Numbered from the stretch's first letter, positions 16,523 through 31,300 are shown. The stretch: 64,000 nucleotides of DNA from Eledone cirrhosa (GCA_964016885.1 OZ024743.1:285634001-285698000); one strand, 5' to 3'. The notes: generated by a model from the letters alone, not told the origin. Translations and numbers: made by a program.

Positions 16523-16577
16523 GTATATATATATATGTATATATGTATATATATATATATGTATGTATATATATATG

Positions 16578-16608
<31 letters not shown>

Positions 16609-16866
16609 GTATATATATATATGTATATATGTATATATATATATATGTATGTATATATATATGTATATATATATATGTATGTATATATATGTATATATAT
16701 ATATATGTATGTATATATATGTATATATATATATATGTATATGTATATATATTTATATATATGTATATATATATATGTATATATATGTATATATATGTAT
16801 ATATATGTATATATATGTATATATATGTATGTATATATATATATGTATATATATATATATGTATAT

Positions 16867-18382
16867 CATCATCATCATCATCATCAACGTTTAACGTCCG
16901 TGTTCCACGCTTGCACGGGTTTGGACGGGGGTAGTCCCACTTGAGGCAAGAGTGATTGTCTTGCTCGCATAGGACTGTCTGGCAGGTTTTCTACAGTTGG
17001 ATGCCCTTCCTAACACCAACCACATTTACAGTGTGGGTCTGGGAGGTTTTTATCGTGTTGCCTACACGGCCACATTACAGCGTGGACTGTGTGTTTTTTT
17101 GTCGTGACACCTACACGATCTCATTTGTTTCGGCCTCGATGGCGCGGCACCAACATAACTTTACATAGAACGGGGTGGTGTGGATGGGGTGGGGGTGGTG
17201 GTGGTGGGACGGGGTGTATTTTGTTAGAGATGCCTACTGGCTGGAGTAGGTTTTACTATATATTTAGGTAAGGCGGGTCTTCTCTGTTACTGAGTACCGC
17301 CAAAGGTCTCGGTCCAGTGACATTGTCTTGGAGAGGTGTAAGTGTGTGATGTCGGAGTTTATCAGCTCGTCCCAGGTTTTTCTAGGTCTGCCTATTCCGT
17401 GACTACCGTCTATCTTTATTGCCCTGCACTTTGTTATACAGCTATCGACTTTCATGCGCATCACGTGTCCATACCAACGTAGCCTTCTCTCGAGTAAACA
17501 ACATCTGATCCCTCTTATCTCTAATTTTTTCCTTAGTTCGTTTATGCTTTGCCGTTCACGTATATTACTGTTACACATCCAGCGGAGCATGCAAGCTTCA
17601 TTCCTCTCTAGTCTGCGTATATCCTCTGCACACAATGCCCAGGTCTCACTGCCATGCAGCATTGCTGTTCGTATGCAGGCATCGTACAACCTGCCTTTCA
17701 TTTTTAGGGAGAACCCGTTAGCAGCTAATAGTGGTATAAGCTCTCTGAACTTTTTCCAACCAGTTCTGACTCTAGCTACAGTACTTTCAGAGCACCCTCC
17801 CCCACTGCTGATTTTATCGCCCAGGTAACGGAAGCTGTCCACTATTTCTATAGGACCCTCTGCGCAATTGAAAGAGCTAGTATTTTGTGGGCACTTGCTG
17901 CTACTTATTGCACCAGAACACCGGCCACATGTAAAATCTATGTTCTTAGTTAGCTTACCTGTGATCCCACTACATCTTTTATGCACCCATACTTTGCATT
18001 TAGGACATAAAATGGAGTTTCTACCTACGCCTTTCCTACACACCGAGCACGACCATTTCCCAGAAGGGACCACCGCCTTGTTTTCTTTCCTACAAACTAG
18101 TCTTAGCCAGGTTAATTTTAAGTACTTTTGACTCTAGGCCGTGCTTCCATGTTTGGAATTTCTTCTCTAGCTCGGCCATTGATTCCGCTATGAGTGTCAG
18201 GTCGTCTGCGTATAGGAGTTCCCATGGGCAGCCTGTCTTGAACTCCTCTGTTATAGCCTGAAGGGCAATAATAAATAGTAGGGGGCTGAGAACAGAGCCC
18301 TGATGGACGCCAACTTTTACGCTAAACTCTTCACTATATTCGTTGTTAATTCTAACCTTGCTGACTGTTTCTTTATACATGG
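16867..18382 (-). mobile_element. RTE-clade LINE copy 4, 5'-truncated and frameshifted
   Basis: ORF 17264-18073 plus an upstream YADD-containing frame 18090-18382. An ~8-bp deletion near 18098 is seen relative to copy 3. Confidence 0.93.
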
Positions 18383-18394
18383 ATATATATATAT

Positions 18395-18478
<84 letters not shown>

Positions 18479-18485
18479 GTATATG

Positions 18486-18558
<73 letters not shown>

Positions 18559-18589
18559 GTATATATATATATATGTATATATATATATG

Positions 18590-18620
<31 letters not shown>

Positions 18621-18755
18621 GTATATGTATATATATATATGTATATGTATATATGTATATATATATATATGTATATATATATATGTATATATATATATGT
18701 ATATATATATATGTATATATATATATGTATATATATATGTATATATATATATATG

Positions 18756-18852
<97 letters not shown>

Positions 18853-18857
18853 GTATA

Positions 18858-18902
<45 letters not shown>

Positions 18903-18956
18903 GTATATATATAAATATATATATATATATGTATATATATATATGTATATATATAA

Positions 18957-18992
<36 letters not shown>

Positions 18993-19007
18993 GTATATAT
19001 ATGTATA

Positions 19008-19056
<49 letters not shown>

Positions 19057-19199
19057 GTATATATATGTATATATATATATGTATATATATGTATATATAT
19101 ATATGTATATATATGTATATATATAAATATATATATATATATGTATATATATATATGTATATATATAAATATATATATATGTATATATATATATATGTG

Positions 19200-19232
<33 letters not shown>

Positions 19233-19299
19233 GTGTATATATATATATGTGTATATATATATATATATGTGTATATATATATATATGTATATATATATG

Positions 19300-19330
<31 letters not shown>

Positions 19331-19339
19331 GTATATATG

Positions 19340-19372
<33 letters not shown>

Positions 19373-19439
19373 GTATATATATGTATATATATATGTATAT
19401 GTATATATATATGTATATATATATATATGTATATATATG

Positions 19440-19592
<153 letters not shown>

Positions 19593-19629
19593 GTATATAT
19601 ATGTATATATATATATATGTATATATATG

Positions 19630-19678
<49 letters not shown>

Positions 19679-19741
19679 GTATATATATGTATATATATAT
19701 ATATGTATATATATGTATATATATATATATGTATATATATG

Positions 19742-19774
<33 letters not shown>

Positions 19775-19811
19775 GTATATATATGTATATATATATATAT
19801 GTATATATATG

Positions 19812-19950
<139 letters not shown>

Positions 19951-19965
19951 GTGTATATATATGTG

Positions 19966-20014
<49 letters not shown>

Positions 20015-20318
20015 GTGTATATATATATATATGTATATATATGTATATATATGTATATATATATATATATGTATATATGTATATATATATGTATATATAT
20101 ATATGTATATATGTATATATATGTATGTGTGTATGTATGTATGTATATATATATGTATGTATGTATATATATATGTATATATATATGTATGTATGTATAT
20201 ATATATATATGTATGTATATATATATATATGTATGTATATATATATGTATGTATATATATATGTATGTATATATATATGTATGTATATATATATGTATGT
20301 ATATATATATGTATATAT

Positions 20319-20666
20319 GGAGGCACATGGCTTAGTGGTTAGAGCATTGGCCTTGCAATCGAAAGGTTGTGAGTTCAATTCTCAGACCGGGTAATGTGTT
20401 GTTTCCTTGAGCAAGACACTTTATTTCACATTGCTCCAGTTTACTCAGCTGTAGAAATGAGATGATAGGGACTGAGGTCCATATCATTCCACTGCAAAGT
20501 GGACGTGTAGGCGCCACGGAAAAAAAGCACCCAGCACTCACTGTAAATGAGGTTGGTGTTAGGAAGGGCATCCAGCTGTAGAAATCAAGCCAGAATCAGT
20601 TCCCGTCCCACCCTTGCAAGCAGGGAAAAGCGGACGTAAAATGAAATGATGATGATGATGATGATG
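20319..20666 (+). mobile_element. Full-length tRNA-derived SINE with CORE-like middle and RTE-type (GAT)n tail
   Basis: A box tggcttagtgg, B box gagttcaattc, CORE-like ccttgagcaagacact...ctcagctgtagaaatg, and a 3' block shared with the RTE 3' UTR. Confidence 0.9.
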
Positions 20667-21109
20667 TATGTATATATATATGTATGTATATATATATGTA
20701 TGTATATATATATGTATGTATATATATATGTATGTATATATATATGTATGTATATATATATGTATGTATATATATATGTATGTATATATATATGTATGTA
20801 TATATATATGTATGTATATATATATGTATGTATATATATATGTATGTATATATATATGTATGTATATATGTATGTATGTATATATGTATGTATGTATATA
20901 TGTATGTATATATATATGTATGTATATATATATGTATGTATATATGTATGTATATATGTATGTATATATGTATGTATGTATATATGTATGTATGTATATA
21001 TGTATGTATGTATATATATATGTAACTTTGAATAACTTTGAAATGTTTTGGCCAGTATTGGCCCAGGCCATGTCTAACTTAATAGCACCACCTGGCGAAG
21101 TCTTTCAAT

Positions 21110-24100
21110 TCAGGATTTGGGCACCATGGCCCATTCGAGAAGAGAATTACTGTTTGCGGAGACATATCCGGGTGTGGGTGGTTTGTCCGGGATTACTTGG
21201 AGGAATTTGTCCAAAGACTTCTTGAATTTTGTGTGGTCAGTTTCTGTTTTGACGTGTCCTCGTGTGATGTTGAAGAGAGCAGGGCCGATTGAGGTGAAAT
21301 AATTGTGCCGTATTGTTGTTATGAGTTGCGATTTAGATTTTTGAATGGGACGGATAGCACGGGGCCCAAGCCTTGGGTGTATCTTGAAGGCGATGCCAAC
21401 ATCATTTGGGCAGTGATGATGGAACATTTTCCACATCATGCAGATAATATAACGCTCACGGCGACGTTGGAGTGAGTAAAGTTTCAGGTTTTCCAATCGA
21501 CCCCAGTAGTCAAGGTCTGACATGCCATCTATCTTTTTCGTGATTGCCCTTTGAGGAGCTTCAAGTTTCATGATACTTTGTTTCGTGTGGGGAGACCACA
21601 GTGGACAACAGTATTCAAGGTGTGGTCGGGCGAAAGTAGAGAAGAGAAGGATAATGGTGCGGGAATCTCTCGACTGGAAGGTTCTGAGGATCCAGGAACA
21701 CATTCTGCGGGCCATGTCAACTTTGCTGCTTATATGCGTGGTCCAGCTTATGTTGCTGTCCACGGTTACTCCCAAGTCTCTGATGTTGTTTGATGCCACG
21801 AGAGTTTCCCCGGAGGGAAGGGAGTACGGGAGTTTCAGAGCATCCTCTTTTCCAAAGTGGATCAGTTCGAATTTGTCTTCGTTCAGTAACATGTTGTTCT
21901 TTTCTGCCCATTGGGTAACAGCCAGTAGGTCTGACTGAAGGCTTATCCGGTCATCCACGCCATTGATGACCTTTTGGAGCTTGGAATCATCAGCGAAAAT
22001 TTTAATGTTGCTGTGTTTGATGATGTCAGTGATGTCATTAATATAGATGATGAAGAGAAGTGGGCCCAACACAGTGCCTTGTGGGACTCCACTACTGACT
22101 TTGGCTGGGCTTGATTTGACTCCCTCAACTACAACATGTTGGGTTCTGTTTGACAGGAAGCTCTTGATCCACTGCAGCAGCTTTCCAGTGACACCAATAT
22201 TGGACAGCTTTCTCAGTAGAATGTTATGATCAACCCTGTCAAAGGCCTTGCTGAAATCAAGGTAGATAACATCAGTGTTGGAACCCTCTCCCAAGGCTCT
22301 CAAAATGTCATCAAAGTGATGCAGTAGTTGCGTCAGGCAATCCCTTCCATTACGGAATCCATGCTGGTTGGAGTTCAGCATATTGTTACTCTCAAGGAAG
22401 TGGGTCATTCGCGATCTCACCACTCGCTCAAATACCTTAATGATATGAGAGGTGAGTGAGATTGGACGGTAATTCACGGCAAGGGATTTGTTTCCCTTTT
22501 TGAAAACTGGGACAACAGACTGGGATAGAAGGTTTTCTGGCACATATCCAGCATCCAGTGAGTTCCGCCACAGATTGGCAAGAGGAGAAGCAAGTTGGTG
22601 TTGACACGCCTTCAAGACACAAGCAGGGAACCTATCGGGACCTACTGCTGAATTATGCTTGATTTCCTTTATTGCCGCCAAGACATCAGGGGCGCCAAAC
22701 GTTATGTCCGATAAGGTGTAATGGGGAGTAACATCGCCGATACAGCCCAGATCGGCCATATCAGGATTGCTGAAAACAGAGCAGTATTGTTTCTGCAGTA
22801 TCTCACCCATGGTTTTAGCATTGTCTTGAAGAGTGCCATTTTCATCAATTAGAGGGCCAACAGTAGAGCCAGTGATTTTGTGTTTTTTTGCAAATGAAAA
22901 GAACACTTTGGGATTGAGTTTGATCTTCTCAATGGCCCAGGCCTCTTCAGCTCTTCTCTGATTGTTGATGAGGGACATTATGTTGTTTTGGAGGTTATGT
23001 TTTTTAATCTCTAGTGATGAAATGGCAGTCAAGTTGATGTGTTGCTGCTGACAGTATTTCAGATTGTTGATTTTTTTGTTCGTTCTCTTAATTTTTCTGA
23101 TGAGCGTTTTTCTATTTCTAGGGATTCTGCTCTTAGATTTGCTAGGGATTCTGCTCTTAGATTTGTTTATAGTTCTTAATGGGGTGTGTTTAGCACATAT
23201 GTTTGTAACAGTGTCCACAAATGTCTGCCAGGACTTTTTGATGTTAGTGGGTGTATGAGTGTGCGTGAAGGACCAGTCGACATGTGCAAGATCATGACTG
23301 ATCGCTTCCCAGTTTGCATTGTGGAAATCCATAGCGTCAAACGGATGGACAGGAGAAATGACATTGGGTTTGTATATTGGACGGTGGAATCTCAGATCAC
23401 AGAGAACCATGTCATGATCAGAGAGTAGAGTTTTCTCCACTGCAATATTGTGGATATTGTCAGTGTGATTGCTGAAAATTAAGTCTAGGACGTTTTTGTG
23501 GCACCTCGTTGGTTCGAGCACTAGTTGGGATAGGAAGAAATCATCCATGAAGTCAAGAAGCGATTCCACAGCTTCCCTGTCAGAGGTTGAGGCAGAAGAA
23601 CCTGGTGGCAGGGTGTTTGTGGACCAGTCAACTCCGGGGAGGTTGAAGTCCCCCATCATTAAGATGTTGTCAGGGTGACACTCTTGGATGAAACACTTTA
23701 TGCTGTTGAGGCATTCCTTGAAGCATGGTACAGGCGTTTGGGGTGGCCTATAGAGCCCAACTACTAATAGGTTGTTGGTTTGACTGAATACAGTGACTGC
23801 CTCACAGTATCCATTAGTGAATATGTTCATAGCCTCTGTTGAGAAAGAATTATGGACATAAATGGCAGTTCCGCCCTTTCTTCTGCCAGCGCGATCAGCA
23901 CGGATGGCTTTGAAATTTTTCACTTTCACCTCGGCTTCCAAGTGGAGGTTACTGAGATGGGTTTCAGTGAGGACGAAGAAAGGGATGTGGTTTGGATGGA
24001 CATCAATCCAGTCCTCCAGGAATTTGATCTTCCATTTTTGAGTATTGGTGGAAGGGCTGATGCCTTGGGCGTTAAGTAAAAATGTAGAGGCGAGAGTGGA

Positions 24101-24154
24101 TGGTTTTAATTGTTTTGGTGTGTTGTTAATTTGTTTGTTTGTTAATGGCAGCAA
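21110..24154 (-). CDS. LINE ORF2: APE endonuclease plus reverse transcriptase, 1014 aa
   Basis: EN motifs LTETHL, GGTAIY, YRPP, MGDFN, LDLIF, SDH. RT motifs [31 protein letters not shown]-terminal [13 protein letters not shown] and SLQRRRERY. Confidence 0.95.
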   Translation of the reverse strand: MLPLTNKQINNTPKQLKPSTLASTFLLNAQGISPSTNTQKWKIKFLEDWIDVHPNHIPFFVLTETHLSNLHLEAEVKVKNFKAIRADRAGRRKGGTAIYVHNSFSTEAMNIFTNGYCEAVTVFSQTNNLLVVGLYRPPQTPVPCFKECLNSIKCFIQECHPDNILMMGDFNLPGVDWSTNTLPPGSSASTSDREAVESLLDFMDDFFLSQLVLEPTRCHKNVLDLIFSNHTDNIHNIAVEKTLLSDHDMVLCDLRFHRPIYKPNVISPVHPFDAMDFHNANWEAISHDLAHVDWSFTHTHTPTNIKKSWQTFVDTVTNICAKHTPLRTINKSKSRIPSKSKSRIPRNRKTLIRKIKRTNKKINNLKYCQQQHINLTAISSLEIKKHNLQNNIMSLINNQRRAEEAWAIEKIKLNPKVFFSFAKKHKITGSTVGPLIDENGTLQDNAKTMGEILQKQYCSVFSNPDMADLGCIGDVTPHYTLSDITFGAPDVLAAIKEIKHNSAVGPDRFPACVLKACQHQLASPLANLWRNSLDAGYVPENLLSQSVVPVFKKGNKSLAVNYRPISLTSHIIKVFERVVRSRMTHFLESNNMLNSNQHGFRNGRDCLTQLLHHFDDILRALGEGSNTDVIYLDFSKAFDRVDHNILLRKLSNIGVTGKLLQWIKSFLSNRTQHVVVEGVKSSPAKVSSGVPQGTVLGPLLFIIYINDITDIIKHSNIKIFADDSKLQKVINGVDDRISLQSDLLAVTQWAEKNNMLLNEDKFELIHFGKEDALKLPYSLPSGETLVASNNIRDLGVTVDSNISWTTHISSKVDMARRMCSWILRTFQSRDSRTIILLFSTFARPHLEYCCPLWSPHTKQSIMKLEAPQRAITKKIDGMSDLDYWGRLENLKLYSLQRRRERYIICMMWKMFHHHCPNDVGIAFKIHPRLGPRAIRPIQKSKSQLITTIRHNYFTSIGPALFNITRGHVKTETDHTKFKKSLDKFLQVIPDKPPTPGYVSANSNSLLEWAMVPKS

Positions 24155-25302
24155 TGGGAGTTTGTGCAGTGGGGTGATAGTGGAGGGTGGTGCTGGGTGA
24201 TAGCTCGAATGTTTTTTTCCAGTTCTTTTGCCAGATTCATTATGGCTAAAAAAGAGGAAGAAGTTTCCTGTTTAGAAGACTGTTGGTGACTGTGGTAGTG
24301 GTTATTTTTATGTAGGTTATGGTTTTTGTTTTTGCTTTTATTTTTAATTTTATTTTCATTTATCCGACGGGTCCCCGGGAGATGGGTAAAGGGACAATCC
24401 CGGTCTAAACACAATCTGTCTCGCAGGGAAAAACGGCAGATTTGTGGATTCCTTGTTTGAGTTATTGGTGGTTGTGTTGGTGTTAAATTAGAGTATGTAT
24501 TATGGTGGTGGCTGTTTGTGGGGATAGATCGTTTTGTCCTAGGTAAATGGGTGAATTTGCAGCCACTATCCGTACATATTCTATAGCGTAGAGAGTAGCG
24601 GCAAATGATGGGGTTTCGAGTGGGTGGGTATATGGGTGTGGGTGTTGTGAGAGGTGTAGATGATGGTTTGGGTAGGATTTGACGACCTTTGTGGACTGTG
24701 GGAGGGAGAGTTCTTGTTCTGGTATTAGAAGGTAAATTCCTTGACATAGCAGTAGACAAAAATGTTGTAGTAGTAGTAGTAGTAGTAGGCAGAGATGTTG
24801 GCAGTGGTGATGATTGGACTGCTGGGCCAGAGAAAGGATGTGGCGTTTCATGCTGTGAGACAGAGGCTACTGGGGGGTCAATAGTTTCATTTAGTAGATC
24901 GGCCATTGTTGATGAATCAAGGAGTGGTTCACACTGTTGTTGTTGCTGTTGTTGATGTTGTTGTTGTAGCTGTTGTTGATGTTGTTGTTGTAGCTGTTGT
25001 TGTTGTTGCTGTTGTAGCTGCTGTTGTTGTTGTTGCTGCTGCTGGACAGCATTCGAAGAGAAAACACACCGTAGTTTATCCAAATGTTTATTGATTAATT
25101 TAAAAGCAATTTCGATTTGCTTTAATTTATTTTGAATCTGTTGTTCAGATCGAGTTTTCAAAAATTGAACTGTACGTTTAGCAATGTCGTTCAGAGATGA
25201 AGCATCTATATTTTCTGTTTGGGAAAGGCAATGCCATGTGTTTATTAGAATGTCGATTTCATTATCAGACCAGTTCTGTTTGGATTTTTGCTGGTTAGCC
25301 AT
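24142..25302 (-). CDS. LINE ORF1, 386 aa: Myb/SANT-like N-terminus, polyQ, two CCCH zinc fingers
   Basis: WSDNEIDILI...RSEQQIQNKLK resembles Myb/SANT-like domains. CRYSLRYRICTDSGCKFTH and CRFSLRDRLCLDRDCPFTH both fit C-x8-C-x4-C-x3-H. Lies directly upstream of ORF2. Confidence 0.85.
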   Translation of the reverse strand: MANQQKSKQNWSDNEIDILINTWHCLSQTENIDASSLNDIAKRTVQFLKTRSEQQIQNKLKQIEIAFKLINKHLDKLRCVFSSNAVQQQQQQQQQLQQQQQQQLQQQHQQQLQQQHQQQQQQQCEPLLDSSTMADLLNETIDPPVASVSQHETPHPFSGPAVQSSPLPTSLPTTTTTTTTFLSTAMSRNLPSNTRTRTLPPTVHKGRQILPKPSSTPLTTPTPIYPPTRNPIICRYSLRYRICTDSGCKFTHLPRTKRSIPTNSHHHNTYSNLTPTQPPITQTRNPQICRFSLRDRLCLDRDCPFTHLPGTRRINENKIKNKSKNKNHNLHKNNHYHSHQQSSKQETSSSFLAIMNLAKELEKNIRAITQHHPPLSPHCTNSHCCH

Positions 25303-25313
25303 TCTAGTTTTGA

Positions 25314-25690
25314 GTGTGTGTGTGTTTTAGTTAAGTATTTCAATATATATATATTTTTTTTTAAAATTTATTTTTGATTTATTTTTGTTTTTTGTTTTTC
25401 TTGTGTGTGAGTGAGAAGCGTATATATATAAATATGAGTATATATATATATATATATGTATATTCTGGTTATTTGAAATTAATTAAGTTAATGAAAAGAC
25501 GAAAGTATATAATAATAATTTGTAGTTAAAGGAAAATGTACTCACAAGTTCGTGTGTGTGTGTTTTAGTTAAGTATTTCAATATATATATATTTTTTTTT
25601 TTTTAAAATTTATTTTTGTTTTTTGTTTTTCTTGTGTGTGAGTGAGAAGCGTATATATATAAATATGAGTATATATATATATATATATGT
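25314..25690 (-). repeat. Tandem 5' UTR monomers of the CR1-group LINE (period ~238 bp)
   Basis: gtgtgtgttttagttaagtatttc...gtgagaagcgtatatatataaatatgagtata occurs at ~25314-25460 and again at ~25552-25690. Confidence 0.85.
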
Positions 25691-26012
25691 ATATGTATAT
25701 ATATATATGTATATATATGTATGTATGTATATATATATGTATGTATATATATATGTATGTATATATATATGTATGTATATATATATGTATGTATATATAT
25801 ATGTATGTATATATATATGTATGTATATATGTATGTATATATATATGTATGTATATATATATGTATGTATGTATATATATATGTATGTATGTATATATAT
25901 ATGTATGTATATATATATATGTATGTATGTATATATATATGTATGTATATATATATATATGTATGTATATATATATATATATATGTATGTATATATATAT
26001 ATATGTATGTAT

Positions 26013-26053
<41 letters not shown>

Positions 26054-26066
26054 TATGTATGTATAT

Positions 26067-26107
<41 letters not shown>

Positions 26108-26244
26108 TATATATATATGTATGTATATATATATATGTATGTATATATATATATGTATGTATATATATATATGTATGTATATATATATATATATGTATGT
26201 ATATATATATATGTATGTATATATATATATATATGTATGTATAT

Positions 26245-26285
<41 letters not shown>

Positions 26286-26674
26286 TATATATATATGTAT
26301 GTATATATATATATGTATGTATATATATATATGTATGTATATATATATATGTATGTATATATATATATATATGTATGTATATATATATATGTATGTATAT
26401 ATATATATATATGTATGTATATATATATATGTATATATATATATGTATGTATATATATATATGTATGTATATATATATATGTATGTATATATATACATAC
26501 ATATATATATGTATATATATATATGTATGTATATATATATATGTATGTATATATATATATATGTATGTATATATATATATGTATGTATATATATATATAT
26601 GTATGTATATATATATATGTATGTATATATATATGTATGTATATATATATGTATGTATATATATATGTATGTAT

Positions 26675-27155
26675 ATAAGCCTTCAGTCAGACCTACTGGC
26701 TGTTACCCAATGGGCAGAGAAGAACAACATGTTACTGAACGAAGACAAATTCGAACTGATCCACTTTGGAAAAGAGGATGCTCTGAAACTCCCGTACTGC
26801 CTTCCCTCCGGGGAAACTCTCGTGGCATTTAACAACATCAGAGACTTGGGAGTAACCGTGGACAGCAACATAAGCTGGACCACGCATATAAGCAGCAAAG
26901 CTGACATGGCCCGCAGAATGTGTTCCTGGATCCTCAGAACCTTCCAGTCGAGAGATTCCCGCACCATTATCCTTCTCTTCTCTACTTTTGCCCGACCACA
27001 CCTTGAATACTGTTGTCCACTGTGGTCTCCCCACACGAAACAAAGTATCATGAAACTTGAAGCTCCTCAAAGGGCAATCACGAAAAAGATAGATGGCATG
27101 TCAGACCTTGACTACTGGGGTCGATTAGAAAACCTGAAACTTTACTCACTCCAAC
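26675..27155 (+). mobile_element. Internal CR1 ORF2 fragment fused to RTE copy 5
   Basis: Reverse complement of ~21467-21947 with a few substitutions ([13 protein letters not shown]...LKLYSLQ). Confidence 0.93.
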
Positions 27156-29549
27156 AGGCTTGGAAAGTATGGCGGGATGGGGGAAGTAGAGAAGACTATC
27201 AAGTGGCCAGGAGGGAAGCTAGGAGACAAGTGTACTTAGCAAGAAGGGAAGCTGAGGAAAGAAAGTTCAAGCATGTTCTACAACGCGATGACCAAAAACG
27301 TGAGGTGTTCAGGATTGCTAGGCAATGCGTCAAGGAAAACCGTGATATTGTCGGGGAGAAGTGTGTACTAAACGACGATGGCACACTTGCCATCACCGAC
27401 GCTGATAAGAAGGTAGCTTGGAAGTGTCACTATGAAAGGCTACTAAATGAGGAGAATAAATGGGAGAAAGACAGTCTCCCCCATATCGACCCAATAGAGG
27501 GACCAGCAGTGTTAGTCGAGGGGAGTATAATAAGTAAGGCAATCAAGGATATGAAGACGGGTAAGGCGGCTGGGCCTTCGGAAATAGTTGCTGAGATGCT
27601 GAAGGCATCTGGCACGGTGGGACACACCATGGTCACCCGCATAGTTAACCAAGTCGTACAGAATGGGGTTGTTCCGAAGGACTGGCATAGCAGCATCATC
27701 GTTAACTGTTATAAGGGTAAAGGAGACGCCCTAGATAGGAGTAACTATAGAGGCATTAAATTAATCGACCAGGTCATGGTCACGGAAAAAGTAATAGAGC
27801 AACTAATCAGAGAGAGAATTGACCTAGATGAAATGCAGTTCGGGTTTGTGTCAGGCAAAAGTACCACAGACGCTCTTTTCATAGTACGACAACTACAGGA
27901 GAAGTACCTAGCTAAAGGTAAACCCCTCTACTTAGCTTTTGTCGACTTGGAGAAAGCCTTCGACAGAGTCCCCCGCTCCATTATCTGGTGGGCTCTTAGA
28001 AAACTAGGCGTTGACGAATGGCTTGTGAGGGCTATACAAGCCATGTATAAAGAAACAGTCAGCAAGGTTAGAATTAACAACGAATATAGTGAAGAGTTTA
28101 GCGTAAAAGTTGGCGTCCATCAGGGCTCTGTTCTCAGCCCCCTACTATTTATTATTGCCCTTCAGGCTATAACAGAGGAGTTCAAGACAGGCTGCCCATG
28201 GGAACTCCTATACGCAGACGACCTGACACTCATAGCGGAATCAATGGCCGAGCTAGAGAAGAAATTCCAAACATGGAAGCACGGCCTAGAGTCAAAAGGA
28301 CTTAAAATTAACCTGGCTAAGACCAAAGTACTAGTTTGTAGGAAAGAAAACAAGGCGGCGGTCCCTTCTGGGAAATGGTCGTGCTCGGTGTGTAGGAAAG
28401 GCGTAGGTAGAAACTCCATTTTATGTCCTAAATGCAAAGTATGGGTGCATAAAAGATGTAGTGGGATCACAGGTAAGCTAACTAAGAACATAGATTTTAC
28501 ATGTGGCCGGTGTTCTGGTGCAATAAGTAGCAGCAAGTGCCCACAAAATACTAGCTCTTTCAATTGCGCAGAGGGTTCTATAGAAATAGTGGACAGCTTC
28601 CGTTACCTGGGCGATAAAATCAGCAGTGGGGGAGGGTGCTCTGAAAGTACTGTAGCTAGAGTCAGAACTGGTTGGAAAAAGTTCAGAGAGCTTATACCAC
28701 TATTAGCTGCTAAAGGGTTCTCCCTAAAAATGAAAGGCAGGTTGTACGATGCCTGCATACGAACAGCAATGCTGCATGGCAGTGAGACCTGGGCATTGTG
28801 TGCAGAGGATATACGCAGACTAGAGAGGAACGAAGCTTGCATGCTCCGCTGGATGTGTAACAGTAATATACGTGAACGGCAAAGCATAAACGAACTAAAG
28901 AAAAAATTAGAGATAAGAGGGATCAGATGTTGTTTACTCGAGAGAAGGCTACGTTGGTATGGACACGTGATGCGCATGAAAGTCGATAGCTGTATAACAA
29001 AGTGCAGGGCAATAAAGATAGACGGTAGTCACGGAATAGGCAGACCTAGAAAAACCTGGGACGAGCTGATAAACTCCGACATCACACACTTACACCTCTC
29101 CAAGACAATGTCACTGGACCGAGACCTTTGGCGGTACTCAGTAACAGAGAAGACCCGCCTTACCTAAATATACGGTAAAACCTACTCCAGCCAGTAGGCA
29201 TCTCTAACAAAATACACCCGTCCCACCACCACCACCCCCACCCCATCCGCACCACCCCGTTCTATGTAAAGTTATGTTGGTGCCGCGCCATCGACGCCGA
29301 AACAAATGAGATCGTGTAGGTGTCACCACAAAAAACACGCTGTAATGTGGCCGTGTAGGCAACACGGTAAAAACCTCCCAGACCCACACTGTAAATGTGG
29401 TTGGTGTTAGGAAGGGGATCCAACTGTAGAAAACCTGCCAGACAGTGCTATGCGAGCAAGACAATCATTCTTGCCTCAAGTGGGACTACCCCCGTCCAAA
29501 CCCATGCAAGCCTGGAACACGGACGTTAAACGTTGATGATGATGATGAT
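27156..29549 (+). mobile_element. RTE-clade LINE copy 5, the longest, 5'-truncated
   Basis: Open frame to the stop at 29167, then 3' UTR and (GAT)n tail. No endonuclease domain is retained. Confidence 0.95.
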
Positions 29550-29572
29550 ATATATATATATATGTATGTATG

Positions 29573-29606
<34 letters not shown>

Positions 29607-29798
29607 TATGTATGTATATATATATATATGTATGTATATATATATGTATGTATATATATATGTATGTATATGTATGTATGTATATATATATATATGTATG
29701 TATATGTATGTATGTATGTATATATATATGTATGTATGTATATATATATGTATGTATGTATATATATATGTATGTATGTATATATATATGTATGTTAT

Positions 29799-30405
29799 GT
29801 CAGGTCACCAGTTGGTGCTACTGGTAACATGTATCCCAGTACAACCTGTCTCATGGTCGGGTCGTTGGCGACTAAACTGGCAACCCCACCAAGGTTTCTT
29901 GGTGAGGAGGGTGACTTTGGACATCCTGCAGGACTCAAAACAAAACCTGTCAAAGGGCAAGGGAGCTCTTAAGAGTCAATAGCCATCCAAAATCACCGGG
30001 AGAGATGACCCCTTAGCCTTTGTCAAGGCAGAATTCTAGGAGAAGGAAAACTGATATAACACCTGCAACCCTGATGGTATCCAATGATGTTGACTTGTTC
30101 TTCTTTTTGGTAAATATCATCTTGGTTAAGAGAGTGGGACTGGCTTTGTGCAGTGCCTTTGCTCACTATAAAAGCTTCACGGCACAGGCATTGCTTTATA
30201 TCTGGAGATCTCTCTGCACTTGTCCTCACATGGTACCATGGGCCCAGCACTATGTGTCAATAATTGTCACAAGTGTAGTGTTTGTACCAGAGTTTTCAAT
30301 ATGCTGGCTGGACTAAAAAGTCACACTCGTTCAGCGCATCGGTAGGGGTTCTCCTACATGGATATAAAGTAGTGGCCGTACTTGAAAACGAGTTGGCTGC
30401 CACCA
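29799..30405 (+). mobile_element. ~605-bp non-coding, non-autonomous element, copy 2
   Basis: Matches 11849-12457 end to end. Confidence 0.8.
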
Positions 30406-30473
30406 TATATATGTATATATATATATATATGCATATATATATATATATGCATATATATATATATGTATATATG

Positions 30474-30508
<35 letters not shown>

Positions 30509-30725
30509 GTATATATGTATATATATATGTATATATGTATATATGTATATGTATATATGTATATGTATATATGTATATGTATATATATATGTATATATAT
30601 ATGTATATATATGTATATATATATGTATATATGTATATATATATATGTATATATATGTATATGTATATATATGTATATATATATATATATGTATATATAT
30701 GTATATATATGTATATATATATATG

Positions 30726-30850
<125 letters not shown>

Positions 30851-30861
30851 GTATATATATG

Positions 30862-30894
<33 letters not shown>

Positions 30895-30933
30895 GTATAT
30901 ATATGTATATATATATATATATATAAATATATG

Positions 30934-31018
<85 letters not shown>

Positions 31019-31022
31019 GTAT

Positions 31023-31193
<171 letters not shown>

Positions 31194-31228
31194 ATATATG
31201 TATATATATGTATATATGTATATATATG

Positions 31229-31277
<49 letters not shown>

Positions 31278-31300
31278 GTATATATATATATATGTATATA

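Larger units (their letters stand above)
21023..25690 (-). mobile_element. Apparently full-length CR1-group (CR1/L2-like) LINE
   Basis: Two intact ORFs overlapping by 13 nt, a short 3' UTR with a (TTCAAAGTTA)2 tail, and a tandemly repeated 5' UTR. Confidence 0.92.

Noticed and set aside
20319-20390. tRNA gene
   Set aside because: It is a SINE head continuous with CORE-like and RTE tail sequence, present in several copies.
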